Shown: piece after piece, positions 39,846 through 51,544 of the stretch
How the letters are laid out: every line of letters starts with the position of its first letter
Position numbering within the stretch: position 1 is the stretch's first letter
Source: Phyllobates terribilis
Lineage: Eukaryota
Assembly: GCF_046119375.1 (NCBI RefSeq)
Contig: NW_027362769.1
Span: 360,406,001-360,470,000, forward strand
Direction: 5' to 3'
DNA length: 64,000 nt
Made by a program: the position numbers and the translations under genes
Notes under the pieces: generated by a model
What the model was told of the DNA's origin: nothing
The model's input: the letters and a program-made list of their open reading frames with translations, nothing else
Database searches by the model: none

Positions 39846-39915
39846 AGGCGCCTCCAGCTCCGGCCTCAGTGTTTTCCTATTAGGAGATATTTGTGTTCTA
39901 GTTCCGCAGCACACG

Positions 39916-40530
39916 ATGGCAGAGACCGCACCAGCCGCCGCTCCCCCTCCCGCAGAACCGGCCGCCAAATCCAAGAAACAGCCGAAGAAATCCGCCGCCG
40001 GGGGCGCCAAGAAAAGCAAGAAATCCTCCGGTCCCAGCGTCGCCGATCTGATTGTGAAAGCCGTGTCCGCCTCTAAGGAGCGCAGTGGGGTGTCTCTGGC
40101 CGCCCTGAAGAAGGCTCTGTCTGCCGGAGGATACGATGTAGAGAAGAACAACAGCCGCCTGAAGCTGGCCGTCAAGGCTCTGGTCACCAAGGGCGCCCTC
40201 CTCCAGGTGAAGGGCAGCGGCGCCTCCGGGTCCTTCAAGCTGAACAAGAAGCAGCATGAGACTAAGGACAAATCGGCCAAGAAGAAGTCAGCAGCTGCGG
40301 CCAAGCCCAAGAAACCCGCTGCAGCCAAGAAAGCCGCCAAGTCTCCGAAGAAGCCCAAGAAGGCTCCGACCGCGGCCAAGAAGAGCCCGAAAAAGGCCAA
40401 GAAGCCAAAGGCCGCTCCGAAGCTCAAGAAGGTGATGAAGAGTCCGGCTAAGAAAGCTGCTAAACCCAAAGCTGCCAAGAGTCCTGCTAAGAAGGCAGCT
40501 AAAGCCAAGAAGCCCGCGGCTAAGAAATAA
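39916..40530 (+). CDS. H1: Replication-dependent linker histone H1, 204 aa (tail-shortened copy)
   Basis: [15 protein letters not shown]..., globular domain [46 protein letters not shown]...[14 protein letters not shown], and a K/A/P-rich tail. Intronless, with a stem-loop downstream. Confidence 0.95.
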   Translation: MAETAPAAAPPPAEPAAKSKKQPKKSAAGGAKKSKKSSGPSVADLIVKAVSASKERSGVSLAALKKALSAGGYDVEKNNSRLKLAVKALVTKGALLQVKGSGASGSFKLNKKQHETKDKSAKKKSAAAAKPKKPAAAKKAAKSPKKPKKAPTAAKKSPKKAKKPKAAPKLKKVMKSPAKKAAKPKAAKSPAKKAAKAKKPAAKK

Positions 40531-40560
40531 GCCAAAGCCGCCCTGTTATTACACCACAAA

Positions 40561-40576
40561 GGCTCTTTTCAGAGCC
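40561..40576 (+). terminator. Histone 3' stem-loop (GGCTCTTTTCAGAGCC)
   Basis: Exact canonical sequence in AAA-GGCTCTTTTCAGAGCC-ACCA context. Confidence 0.97.
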
Positions 40577-42003
40577 ACCACCTTTTCCCCAGCAAAGCTG
40601 TATCATCAGATCCACCACCTTGTCCCCTTCAGAGTTGCATGATAAGAGCCACCACCTTGTTCCCTTCAGAGCTGTATGATCAGAGCCACCACCTTGTCCC
40701 TTCAAAGCTGTAAGATCAGAGCCACCACCTTGTCCCCTGCAGAGCTGTATGATCAGTGCCACCATTTTGTCCCCTGCAGAGCTGTATGATCAGTGCCACC
40801 ACCTTGTCCCCTCCAGAGCTGTATGATCAGAGCCACCTCCTTGTCCCCTGCAGAGCTGTATGATCAGTGCCACCACCTTGTCCCCTGCAGAGCTGTATAA
40901 TCAGTGCCATCATCTTGTCCCCGGCAGAGCTGCATTATCAGTGCCACAACTTTGTCCCCTGCAGAGCTGTATGATCCGTGCCACCACCTTGTCCCCACCA
41001 GAGCTGTATGATCAGAGCCACCACCTTGTCCCCTGCAGAGCTGTTTGATCAGTGCCACCACCTTGTCCCCTGCAGAGCTGTATAATCAGTGCCATCATCT
41101 TGTCCCCGGCAGAGCTGTATGATCAGTGCCACCACCTTGTCCCCGCCAGAGCTGTATAAGTGCCACCACCTTGTCCCCGGCAGAGCTGTATGATCAGAGC
41201 CACCTCCTTGTCTCCTGCAGAGCTGTATGATCAGTGCCACCACCTTGTCCACGCCAGAGCTGTATGATCAGTGCCACCACCTTGTCCCCGGCAGAGCTGT
41301 ATGATCAGAGCCACCTCCTTGTCCCCTGCAGAGCTGTATGATCAGTGCCACCACTTTGTCCCCTGCAGAGCTGTATGATCAGTGCCACCACCTTGTCCCC
41401 ACCAGAGCTGTATAAGTGCCACCACCTTGTCCCCGGCAGACCTGTATGATCAGAGCCACCACCTTGTCCCCTGCAGAGCTGCATAATCAGTGCCATCATC
41501 TTGTCCCCGGCAGAGCTGTATGATCAGTGCCACCACCTTGTCCCCGCCAGAGCTGTATAAGTGCCACCACCTTGTCCCCGGAAGAACTGTATGATCAGAG
41601 CCACCTCCTTGTCCCCTGCAGAGCTGTATGATCAGTGCCACCACCTCGTCCCCGCCATAGCTGTATAAGTGCCACCACCTTGTCCCCGGCAGAGCTGTAT
41701 GATCAGAGCCACCTCCTTGTCCCCTGCAGAGCTGTATGATCAGTGCCACCACCTTTTCCCCGCCAGAGCTGTATAAGTGCCACCACCTTGTCCCCGGCAG
41801 AGCTGTATGATCAGAGCCACCACCTTGTCCTCGGCAGAGCTGTATGATCAGTGCCACCACCTTGTCCCCGGCAGAGCTCTATGATCAGTGCCACCACCTT
41901 GTCCCCTGCAGAGCTATATGATCAGTGCCACCACCTTGTCCCAGGCAGAGCTGTATGATCAGTGCCATCATCTTGTCCCCGGCAGAGCTGTATGATCAGT
42001 GCC
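40570..42003 (+). repeat. 37-bp (some 33-bp) tandem array derived from the H1 3' processing signal, about 39 units
   Basis: Unit CAG(A/T)GCCACCACCTTGTCCCCTGCAGAGCTGTATGAT. The first unit is the stem-loop's own 3' arm plus spacer plus HDE. Confidence 0.93.
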
Positions 42004-42277
42004 CGTATATCCTGCCGCCTCTAGATTATAGTGTGTTCATGGAGCGGCTCCAGTGTTATAATGAATAAGCTTTTCCCCACATCTCCGCATAGAGCTGCGC
42101 TGTGTCCCGATCACACCAGTGCAGGTGACCGATCAGTGTAATCAATGGAGGGAAGGGGCCGATGTCCTACAGAAATCTAATTCTTACATCATTCTAATCA
42201 ATCACCACTTGTAACCTGCGTCTTTATCAGTGAAAGGATTAGTGTGCGGTTATTATTTCGATGTGAGAATTGGAGAA

Positions 42278-45200
42278 TAGAGATGAGCGGTGTTCGACTA
42301 GAACTGTTCGCCAATCTCAAATTCCAGCTGTTTTGGGCGGTGTTCGAGTTGTTCGATGAACCCGAACGATTTGCAAAAAATTTGGCTGTTCGAGGTTATG
42401 TTCGATAACTGTTCGTGCACCAAAAGCGTGTCCTGCATGTCTGGCGCTATTTAGAGCACCAATCATGCAGGGATTGTCTGCCACTCACTGTAATGCCACA
42501 ACCATGGTGGTTGTGGCATTACAGTGATTGCCCAAATCGATGGGAACAGTGCCAACAGTGAAACATAAAAGCCGGCAATTCAGCAGCGGCATACACCGGT
42601 ACCCGACAATTTAGAACCGAAAGAATTTAGCTTCACACATAGATTAGATAGATAGAAACATGTCAGCCACATATATATGAAGTACAGTGACAGTGTTGGT
42701 TACTGTACTTGTCATTTAGTGTAAAGGATTTATAAAAAAAAATAATAGTGTTTTCATGCACTGTCTCTTTAAAAAAGCCGGCCGGCAATTCAGCAGCGGT
42801 ACCCGACAATTTGGAATAGAAAGAATAGAGAATCACACATAGATTAGATAGATAGAAACATGTCAGTCACATATATATGAAGTACAGTGACAGTGTTGCT
42901 TACTGTACTTGTCATTTAGTGTAAAGGATTTATTAAAAAAAATAATAGTGTTTTCATGCACTGTCTCTTTAAAAAAGCCAGCCGGCATTTCAGCATCTGT
43001 ACCCGACAATTTAGAATAGAAGGAATAGAGCATCACACATAGATTAGATAGATAGAAACATGTCAGTCACATATATAAGAAGTACAGTGATAGTGTTGAT
43101 TACTGTACTTGTCATTTAGTGTTAAAATAAAGGATTTATTTAAAATAAAATTGGCGTGGGGGTCCCCATAATTTTAGGCTCTAGCGGAGGTTAAGCAGAC
43201 GGCTGGGGCAGATGTTTGAAGCCTGGGAAGGGGGTAATACCCACGGAGCTTCCCAGGCTACTAATATCAGCCCCCAGCTGAATACCTAGCCTTTACTAGC
43301 TATTAAAATGGGGGACCCCCCCAAAAAAATGACGTGGGTCCCCCTTATTTTAATAGCTAGCAAAGGCTAGGCAGACAGCTGGGGGCTGATATTAATAGCC
43401 CAGGAAGGGTACCATGAATGTTGGCCCCCTCCCAGGCTAGAAACACCAGCCGTCAGCCGCCCCAGAAATTCTGGCACTTAGCCTCGCTCTTCCACGCTGC
43501 CCTGGTGCGGTGGCAGGGGGTAATAGGGCTGGGGTTGATGTCAGCTTATAATGCCAGCTGACATCAAGCCCAGGTTAGTAATGGAGAGGCGTCTATAAGA
43601 CACCCCCATTACTAACCCCATAGTCAAAGTTAAAAGAAAACACAAACACCCAGAATAAAGTCCTTTAATTGAAATAAAGACACAATTCTTTATTGTTCTA
43701 AATTAAACCATACTTACCACCACGCCCATTCCAGCTGAAGCCAACGATCTCCTGCAATAAAAGTAAAATAATAAAGCAACCTCATCCTTACCTTTCCATG
43801 GTTCCCAGGACAGCTTCAGCTCTGCTAAATTGAGATGACAGGCTGGACCGCAGCAGAACGCTGCCATCCAGCCTGTCATCCCGCAGACACTGAGAAGCGC
43901 AGGCATGATTGCGGTCCTCAGTGTCTCGCTGTGGCGTCATAAAGATGAGCCGACAATGAACTCGGCTCACCTCATGCACGTCACTGACAGCGTGGGAAAA
44001 TTCTCATGCTGAAGCGCTGAGTGCAGGAGAATTCTTCCACGCTGTCAGTGACGTACATGAGGTGAGCCGAGTTCATTGTCAGCTCATCTTTATGCCGCCA
44101 CAGCGAGACACTGAGGAGCGCAATCATGCCTGCGCTTCTCAGTGTCTGCGGGATGACAGGCTGGATGGCAGCGTTCTGCTGCGGTCCAGCCTGTCATCTC
44201 AATTTAGCAGAGCTGAAGCTGTCCTGGGAACCATGGAAAGGTAAGGATGAGGTTGCTTTATTATTTTACTTTTATTGCAGGAGATCGTTGGCTTCAGCTG
44301 GAATGGGCGTGATGGTAAGTAGAGTTTAATTTAGAACAATAAAGAATTGTGTGTTTATTTCAATTAAAGGACTTTATTCTGGGTGTTTGTGTTTTTTGTA
44401 ACTTTGACTATGGGGTTAGTAATGGGGGTGTCTTATAGACGCCTCTCCATTACTAACCTGGGCTTGATGTCAGCTGGCATTATAAGCTGACATCAACCCC
44501 AGCCCTATTACCCCCTGCCACCGCACCAGGGCAGCGTGGAAGAGCGAGGCTAAGTGCCAGAATTGGCGCATCCTATGGATGCGCCATTTCTGGGGCGGCT
44601 GACGGCTGGTGTTTCTAGCCTGGGAGGGGGCCAATATTCATGGTACCCTTCCTGGGCTATTAATATCAGCCCCCAGCTGTCTGCCTAGCCTTTGCTAGCT
44701 ATTAAAATAGGGGGTCCCCCATTTTAATAGCTAGTAAAGGCTAGGTATTCAGCTGGGGGCTGATATTAGTAGCCTGGGAAGCTCCGTGGGTATTACCCCC
44801 TTCCCAGGCTTCAAACATCTGCCCCAGCCGTCTGCTTAACCTCCGCTAGGGAGAAAAATTACGGGGAACCCCACGCCAATTTTTTTTAATAAATCCTTTA
44901 TTTTAACACTAGATGACAAGTACAGCAATCAACACTGTCACTGTACTTCATATATATGTGACTGACATGTTTCTATCTATCTAATCTATGTGTGATTCTC
45001 TATTCTTTCTGTTCTAAATTGTCGGGTACAGATGCTGAATTGCCGGCCGGCTTTTTTAAAGAGACGATGCATGTAAACACTATTATCTTTTTAAATAAAT
45101 CCTTTACACTAAATGACAAGTACAGTAACCAACACTATCACTGTACTTATTATATATGTGATTGGCATGTTTATATCTATGTGTGATGCTCTATTCTTTC

Positions 45201-45622
45201 TGTTATAAATTGTCGGGTACCGCTGCTGAATTGCCGGCCGGCTTTTTTAAAGAGACGATGCATGAAAACACTATTATCTTTTTAAATAAATCCTTTACAC
45301 TAAATGACAAGTACAGTAACCAACACTATCACTGTGCTTCTTATATGTGTGACTGACATGTTTCTATCTATCTAATCTATGTGTGAGGCTCTATTCCTTC
45401 TTGTCTAAATTGTTGGGTACCGGTGTATGCCGCTGCTGAATTGCCGGCCGGCTTTTTTAAAGAGAGCGTCTTCTGAGCAGTTTGTCAGCTTTTGGACACC
45501 TTTGAAGGTGTTTTCTATGTGTTTTTGTTTGCCTGCCATTGGTTTTAACGGTGTTCGACGGTGTTCTAAGGTGTTCGACGAACCGAACTGAACCCGAACA
45601 CTACGGGGGTGGCTCAACACTA
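42278..45622. mobile_element. Non-autonomous hAT-like element (3.3 kb) with a large internal palindrome
   Basis: TIRs TAGAGATGAGC / GCTCAACACTA and repeated GTTCG/CGAAC subterminal motifs. Flanks TTGGAGAA and ATTGTGAG do not match. Confidence 0.78.
42571..45448. repeat. 2.9-kb palindrome centred at ~44016; each arm has three ~200-bp tandem repeats and a nested hairpin
   Basis: Mirrored ORFs 43703-43906(-) and 44126-44329(+); ~21-nt central loop; nested hairpin at ~43251-43405. Confidence 0.92.
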
Positions 45623-45770
45623 ATTGTGAGCCCTCGCTGGCAGGGTCCTCGCTCCTCCTGTACCAGTCGCCGTCACATGGTGTTCAAGATTATTGTAATT
45701 GTTCTTGTATGTATACCCCTTCTTCACATGTAAAGTGCCATGGAATAAATGGCGCTATAATAATAATAAT
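45623..45770 (+). mobile_element. L2 LINE 3' UTR fragment with (TAA)n tail
   Basis: Similar to 21634-21790 (ATTGTGAGCCCTCG..GCAGGGTCC..CCATGGAATAAATGGC..). Confidence 0.8.
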
Positions 45771-46040
45771 CTGATGTGGAAATATGTAGTAGAGTCACAT
45801 TCTTCTCACTGCAGGACCTGGATCCAATGTTCTGTAGTAACCGCAGATCGGTGTTATCTCACTAGTGTTAGAATTACTGTCCGCCGTTCTCCCCAATATG
45901 GGAAGCACAAAACTTACACTGATGAGAACCGGACACCTGAGCGATCCACCAGCCAGAATACAGAGATCACCAGTGCACAGCAGAGATCAGCTCCCGGCAC
46001 AGCAACAGGAGATTGTAGCCTCTCACTTAGAAGATGTGGT

Positions 46041-46056
46041 GGCTCTGAAAAGAGCC
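46041..46056 (-). terminator. H4 3' stem-loop (GGCTCTTTTCAGAGCC)
   Basis: Canonical sequence on the minus strand. Confidence 0.97.
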
Positions 46057-46088
46057 TTTGGGTTGTCAGGATGGAGCAGAGAATACAA

Positions 46089-46406
<318 letters not shown>

Positions 46407-46444
46407 TTAGAGAGCAGCAATCAATGCTGAAACTTTACTGATTC

Positions 46445-46610
46445 CTCCTTTATATAGCGTATAGGTGGACCAGAGAGAGGACTGCAGAGATGACGCGTTT
46501 CCGGGCGGGTCTTACAGAATCTACATTAGCTCCTCCTTCCTCTGCTGATTGGCTGAACACAGAACTGTTGGGGAGTTTGAATTTCCCGCTCATTGTGCAG
46601 TTTCCGCAGC
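46445..46610 (-). promoter_or_regulatory. H4 promoter
   Basis: TATATAAA at 46449-46456, H4-type GGTCC element at ~46467-46471, CCAAT at ~46548 and E2F-like TTTCCCGC at 46582-46589. Confidence 0.75.
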
Positions 46611-47521
46611 GTCTAATATATATTTTTCCCTGTGATGAGAAATGTGTCAGATACAGTCTATAAATAAAAGGGCAGACACGACACCAACCTCCTGCAAGTG
46701 AGATGAAGCTGAGCAGAAGCATCAGATCACTGCTGAATATACAGATAGCGGCACTGACAGTGATTAACCCCCACTTCCATCATACCAGCATATTCCTAAC
46801 ATGCTATTCACATCTCCATGGTCATTTCCGCATCTTACTACTCCCCTCATCATCCCTTGCCATGGCTTCATTCTGTACAATCTACATGTATTAATACATG
46901 TGACATTCTGGCTGCTCCCGGTGACTAATCTATAGGATCCTGACTGAGCTCTGTGACGTTTCCAAAACGGGCTTGTCACTTCTGATAGAATTGCTCTTGG
47001 GGTGCGGTGATTTGCCAGGAGCAGCAGCATGTGACCATGCCTGGACACGATCAGAGGAGGATTGTGGCAGCCAGGATTATTGCCTCTTCTAAGGACAGTG
47101 CAGGGAGGAAGCCGCGGTCAGCAGCACTGCTCCGATACTTAATATTTTGCCACCACTGGGATTTTCCGCTCATCAGAAATGACAATATTTACTTTCTCCT
47201 AATAACACTTGTATTGTAATTGACAGAGATCATAAAACTCAGATATCACTTGTTTCTTCATTTGAGGATTTGCATTTAGAGAACATTTGTTATCTTCCTG
47301 TAGAAGATAAAGACAACAGCTCAGATTGGGCAAATAAAAAAGGAACCGTATAAATAACATAATCACTGAGCAGCTGATTGATTCTCATTCCAGTGGTCCC
47401 ATATCCAATGGAGAATACACTGTGATCTGAAAGGTGATTACATGAATGTGGTCAGTGGAGTTTATCTATAGACCGGACACTTCTCTTCACAGCAGAAGTA
47501 GTAACACAATTACATGTAGAA

Positions 47522-47608
47522 GCTGCGGAAACTACAAGGAGCGGGAAATTCAAACTCCCTAACGTCCTGTGTTCAGCCAATCAGCAGAGGAAGGGGAGGA
47601 GCTAATGT
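47522..47608 (+). promoter_or_regulatory. Inverted duplicate of the H4 upstream CCAAT/E2F-like module (orphan)
   Basis: Reverse complement of 46523-46610 with few differences. Confidence 0.6.
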
Positions 47609-48343
47609 TAATAGTTACCGAATAGGAAGTTCCCGCTCAGGGGCTGATGGCTTTTTCTGTTCTTTGTCCTTCTGGATCACGTGGTTTCAGGACGGTCGGA
47701 CACCAGCAAATTTGCTTGTATTGAGCGATCAATGAATGGTGACTCCATCACACCAGCAATATTCCGAGTGCCGGGAATATAAAGAAACGAGATACTGCAG
47801 TTTACAGAGAACTTTGAAAGAAGGAGGCGGGGATTTTATAAAATGTCGGTTAATATTATCTAGATAAACCTACTACAGAGCTGCAGAGGATATTAGTCTC
47901 TTAATCCTGATGCGTTTTCAGGATCAGACCCGTGCGGCTGATAGGAGTCAGCGAGTGTTCACAGGAGATAGCGCTGGATAATGGACGTCCTATAATGATC
48001 GCATCATATACACCAAGAAATCTGCGCATTTATTCCTTCAAAACACAGTCCAGACTCCTAATACATTATATAAAGCTGATATTATTGGATGTGCGGCAGG
48101 ATCGGTGCGAAAACTAGTGGGGATACGAATATTAAGTGGTTGAATGAGTAGAATGTACTTCGTGTAGTTATCAGATCATTTCTACACACCCTTATAACTG
48201 CATTGGAGGGAATAATCCCCCCAGATACCAATAGCGGACTGAGCAGAGAACTGAGCGCCCCTGATGTTACTGAGCACAAGTGAACACTCAGCAGAATATG
48301 AAGCAGATGTGAGGGATTAGCTCGTTATTATGGAGGATTTGGT

Positions 48344-48359
48344 GGCTCTGAAAAGAGCC
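48344..48359 (-). terminator. H3 3' stem-loop (GGCTCTTTTCAGAGCC)
   Basis: Canonical sequence on the minus strand. Confidence 0.97.
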
Positions 48360-48390
48360 TTTGTGTTATAGTCAGACGTGTAGGACGGAT

Positions 48391-48970
<580 letters not shown>

Positions 48971-49454
48971 TCACAAAATCATCCCAACGCCCATTAATCC
49001 CGCCCTCAAAAAGAGGGGCAGGGTCTCTGTTCTCTCTTTTCTGGCTGCGGATACTGGCACAGGGTCACACCATGTCTACATGCGGCTTCTACAGCAGGAG
49101 CCACCGTCGTCACTGTTCTTCTATGTCACCAGTACACGGAGCTGTACAGGGTCTACTCTATCATCAGTCAAATCACTGGTTCTCCAATTCTCACATCGAA
49201 GTAATAACCGCACACTAATCCTTTCACTAATAAAGACGCAGGTTACAAGTGGTGATTGATTAGGATGATGTAAGAATTAGATTTCTGTAGGACATCGGCC
49301 CCTTCCCTCCATTGATTACACTGATCGGTCACCTGCACTGGTGTGATCGGGACACAGCGCAGCTCTATGCGGAGATGTGGGGAAAAGCTTATTCATTATA
49401 ACACTGGAGCAGCTCCATGAACACACTATAATCTAGAAGAGGCAGCATATACGG

Positions 49455-50013
49455 GCACTGATCATACAGCTCTGCCGGGGACAAGATGATGGCACTGATC
49501 ATACAGCTCTGCCGGGGACAAGGTGATGGCACTGATCATACAGCTCTGCAGGGGACAAAGTGGTGGCACTGATAATGCATCTCTGCCGGGGACAAGATGA
49601 TGGCACTGATTATACAGCTCTGCAGGGGACAAGGTGGTGGCACTTATACAGCTCTGGCGGGGACAAGGTGGTGGCACTGGTCATACAGCTCTGCAAGGGA
49701 CAAGGTGGTGGCTCTGATCATACAGCTCTGGAGGGGACAAGGTGGTGGCTCTGATCATACAGCTCTGAAGGGGACAAGGAGGTGGCACTGATCATACAGC
49801 TCTGAAGGGGACAAGGTGGTGGCTCTGATCATACAGCTCTGAAAGGTACAAGGTGGTGGCTCTCATCATACAACTATGAAGGGGACAATGTGGTGGCTTT
49901 GATGATACAGCTCTGCTGGGGAAAAGGTGGTGGTACTGATTATACAGCTCTACAGGCGACAAGGTGGTGGCTCTGATGTTTACAGCTCTGCTGGGGAAAA
50001 GGTGGTGGCTCTG
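49455..50013 (-). repeat. 37-bp processing-signal-derived array, right-arm copy (15 units)
   Basis: Fifteen units counted, ending in the H1 stem-loop. Confidence 0.93.
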
Positions 50014-50022
50014 AAAAGAGCC
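50007..50022 (-). terminator. H1 3' stem-loop (GGCTCTTTTCAGAGCC)
   Basis: Canonical, followed by HDE-like CAGCAGAGCTGTA. Confidence 0.97.
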
Positions 50023-50052
50023 TTTGTGGTGTAATAACAGGGCGGTTTTGGA

Positions 50053-50709
50053 TTATTTCTTAGCTGCGGGCTTCTTGGCTTTAGCTGCCTTCTTAGCAGG
50101 ACTCTTGGCAGCTTTGGGTTTAGCAGCTTTCTTAGCCGGACTCTTCGTCACCTTCTTGGGCTTCGGAGCGGCCTTTGGCTTCTTGGGGCTCTTGGCCGCC
50201 TTCTTGGCAGCTGCTGCGGGCTTCTTGGCCTTTTTCGGGCTCTTCTTGGCCGCGGTCGGAGCCTTCTTGGGTTTCTTCGGAGACTTGGCGGCTTTCTTGG
50301 CTGCAGCGGGTTTCTTGGGCTTGGTCGCAGCTGCTGACTTCTTCTTGGCCGCTTTGTCCTTAGTCTCCTGCTGCTTCTTGTTCAGCTTGAAGGACCCGGA
50401 GGCGCCGCTGCCCTTCACCTGGAGGAGGGCGCCCTTGGTGACCAGAGCCTTGACGGCCAGCTTCAGGCGGCTGTTGTTCTTCTCTACATCGTATCCTCCG
50501 GCAGACAGAGCCTTCTTCAGGGCGGCCAGAGACACCCCACTGCGCTCCTTAGAGGCGGACACGGCTTTCACGATCAGATCGGCGACGCTGGGACCAGAGG
50601 ATTTCTTGCTTTTCTTGGCGCCCCCGGCGGCGGATTTCTTCGGCTGCTTCTTGGATTTGGCGGCCGGTTCTGCGGGAGGGGGAGCGGCGGCTGGTGCGGT
50701 CTCTGCCAT
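50053..50709 (-). CDS. H1: Replication-dependent linker histone H1, 218 aa (full-tail copy)
   Basis: Paralog of 39916-40530 with an extra [14 protein letters not shown]. The ATG at 50709 lies downstream of the TATA-like element. Confidence 0.97.
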   Translation of the reverse strand: MAETAPAAAPPPAEPAAKSKKQPKKSAAGGAKKSKKSSGPSVADLIVKAVSASKERSGVSLAALKKALSAGGYDVEKNNSRLKLAVKALVTKGALLQVKGSGASGSFKLNKKQQETKDKAAKKKSAAATKPKKPAAAKKAAKSPKKPKKAPTAAKKSPKKAKKPAAAAKKAAKSPKKPKAAPKPKKVTKSPAKKAAKPKAAKSPAKKAAKAKKPAAKK

Positions 50710-50779
50710 CGTGTGCTGCGGAACTAGAACAGAAATATCTCCTGATAGGAAAACACTGAGGCCGGAGCTGGAGGCGCCT

Positions 50780-50875
50780 GTTATATGTACAGGCTTACTG
50801 CGCACTGATTGGCTGCTGAGCTGCATCGTCCTGAGCATCTATTGGCTGACACTGAGCACAGGCCCCGCCTCCTCC
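50780..50875 (-). promoter_or_regulatory. H1 proximal promoter (mirror copy)
   Basis: Mirror of 39750-39845: GC box, two CCAAT boxes and CATATAA. Confidence 0.75.
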
Positions 50876-51544
50876 CTGCTGAGCCCGAGTGAAGCGCCGC
50901 TCTCCCCTTGTGCTTCCATGCCCGGGATAAAAGCCCTTTACCGGCTAACACCGGACAGCAGAGCGCTCTTTCTCCGTCGCTTCCTCTTCTCCATCATCTC
51001 CACTGACCGTTTGTAGCCGTCACCAGCAGAGATGCCGGGAAAGAGCCGAGAGGAGGTCCCGGGATCATCGCCGCCGTCCTCCCGATCTGCGCATCACTGT
51101 GTATCCGGGGAGATAAAACTGCTGCGGGAGCTCATTCCTCCTATTCCCGGCTCTTGTCACCATCACAGGGATCTTTACTACAATATCCATCGTACAGGAA
51201 GCGGATTGTACGATGTGGGGACGACCTGGAGCTGCTGAGAGCCCAGAAGGGTAACACAGGCGATGGCCTCCGCTGACTGCCACCTCCCTGACCTGTAATA
51301 TAAGTACACCCCGAATGTGCAGAGTATTGGGGGGTGAACACGTATCCACATCAGTAGATGATCCACATAGGGGGCTGATTGCAATCACCTGTGTAATATC
51401 GTGTCTGACCCTGTGTGAAGCTGTGACGCTGCGGCAGGTAATGGAGGGAAGAGCTCTGATAAGGCGCCAGCTTCACAATGCGACTCATCCCCAACACAAC
51501 ATCTGTACAGCCCAGATCAGCAGCCTTATAGATGTCCCAGATAA

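Larger units (their letters stand above)
25293..42277 (+). repeat. Left arm of a giant inverted duplication (outer limit not visible; partner runs off the window)
   Basis: Reverse complement of 49180-64000. Mirrored ORFs include 25314/63979, 30133/59145, 33131/56145 and 39787/50838. Confidence 0.97.

Noticed and set aside
39787-39915. 43-aa N-terminal extension of H1 from the upstream ATG (also 50710-50838)
   Set aside because: The ATG lies upstream of the TATA-like element and overlaps the CCAAT boxes, so it is unlikely to be on the mRNA. MAET is the typical H1 start.
39609-40559. 316-aa and 330-aa (50024-51016) antisense ORFs over H1
   Set aside because: Shadow frames caused by K/A/P-rich H1 codons; the Leu/Phe/Ala-rich sequence has no independent support.
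40570-42003. CRISPR-like appearance of the 37-bp array (also the 43-bp and 30-bp arrays)
   Set aside because: The units are head-to-tail with no unique spacers, there are no cas genes, and the context is eukaryotic.
42290-42420. GTTCGA motifs resembling tRNA T-loops or Pol III B-boxes (also 45550-45600)
   Set aside because: No cloverleaf or A-box context. They are repeated subterminal motifs next to hAT TIRs.
24419-45622. A single composite macro-transposon bounded by TAGTGATGAGC (24419 or 24725) and the 45622 TIR
   Set aside because: The 8-bp flanks GAGTTTAT or CTAGGGAG do not match ATTGTGAG, so no TSD supports it.
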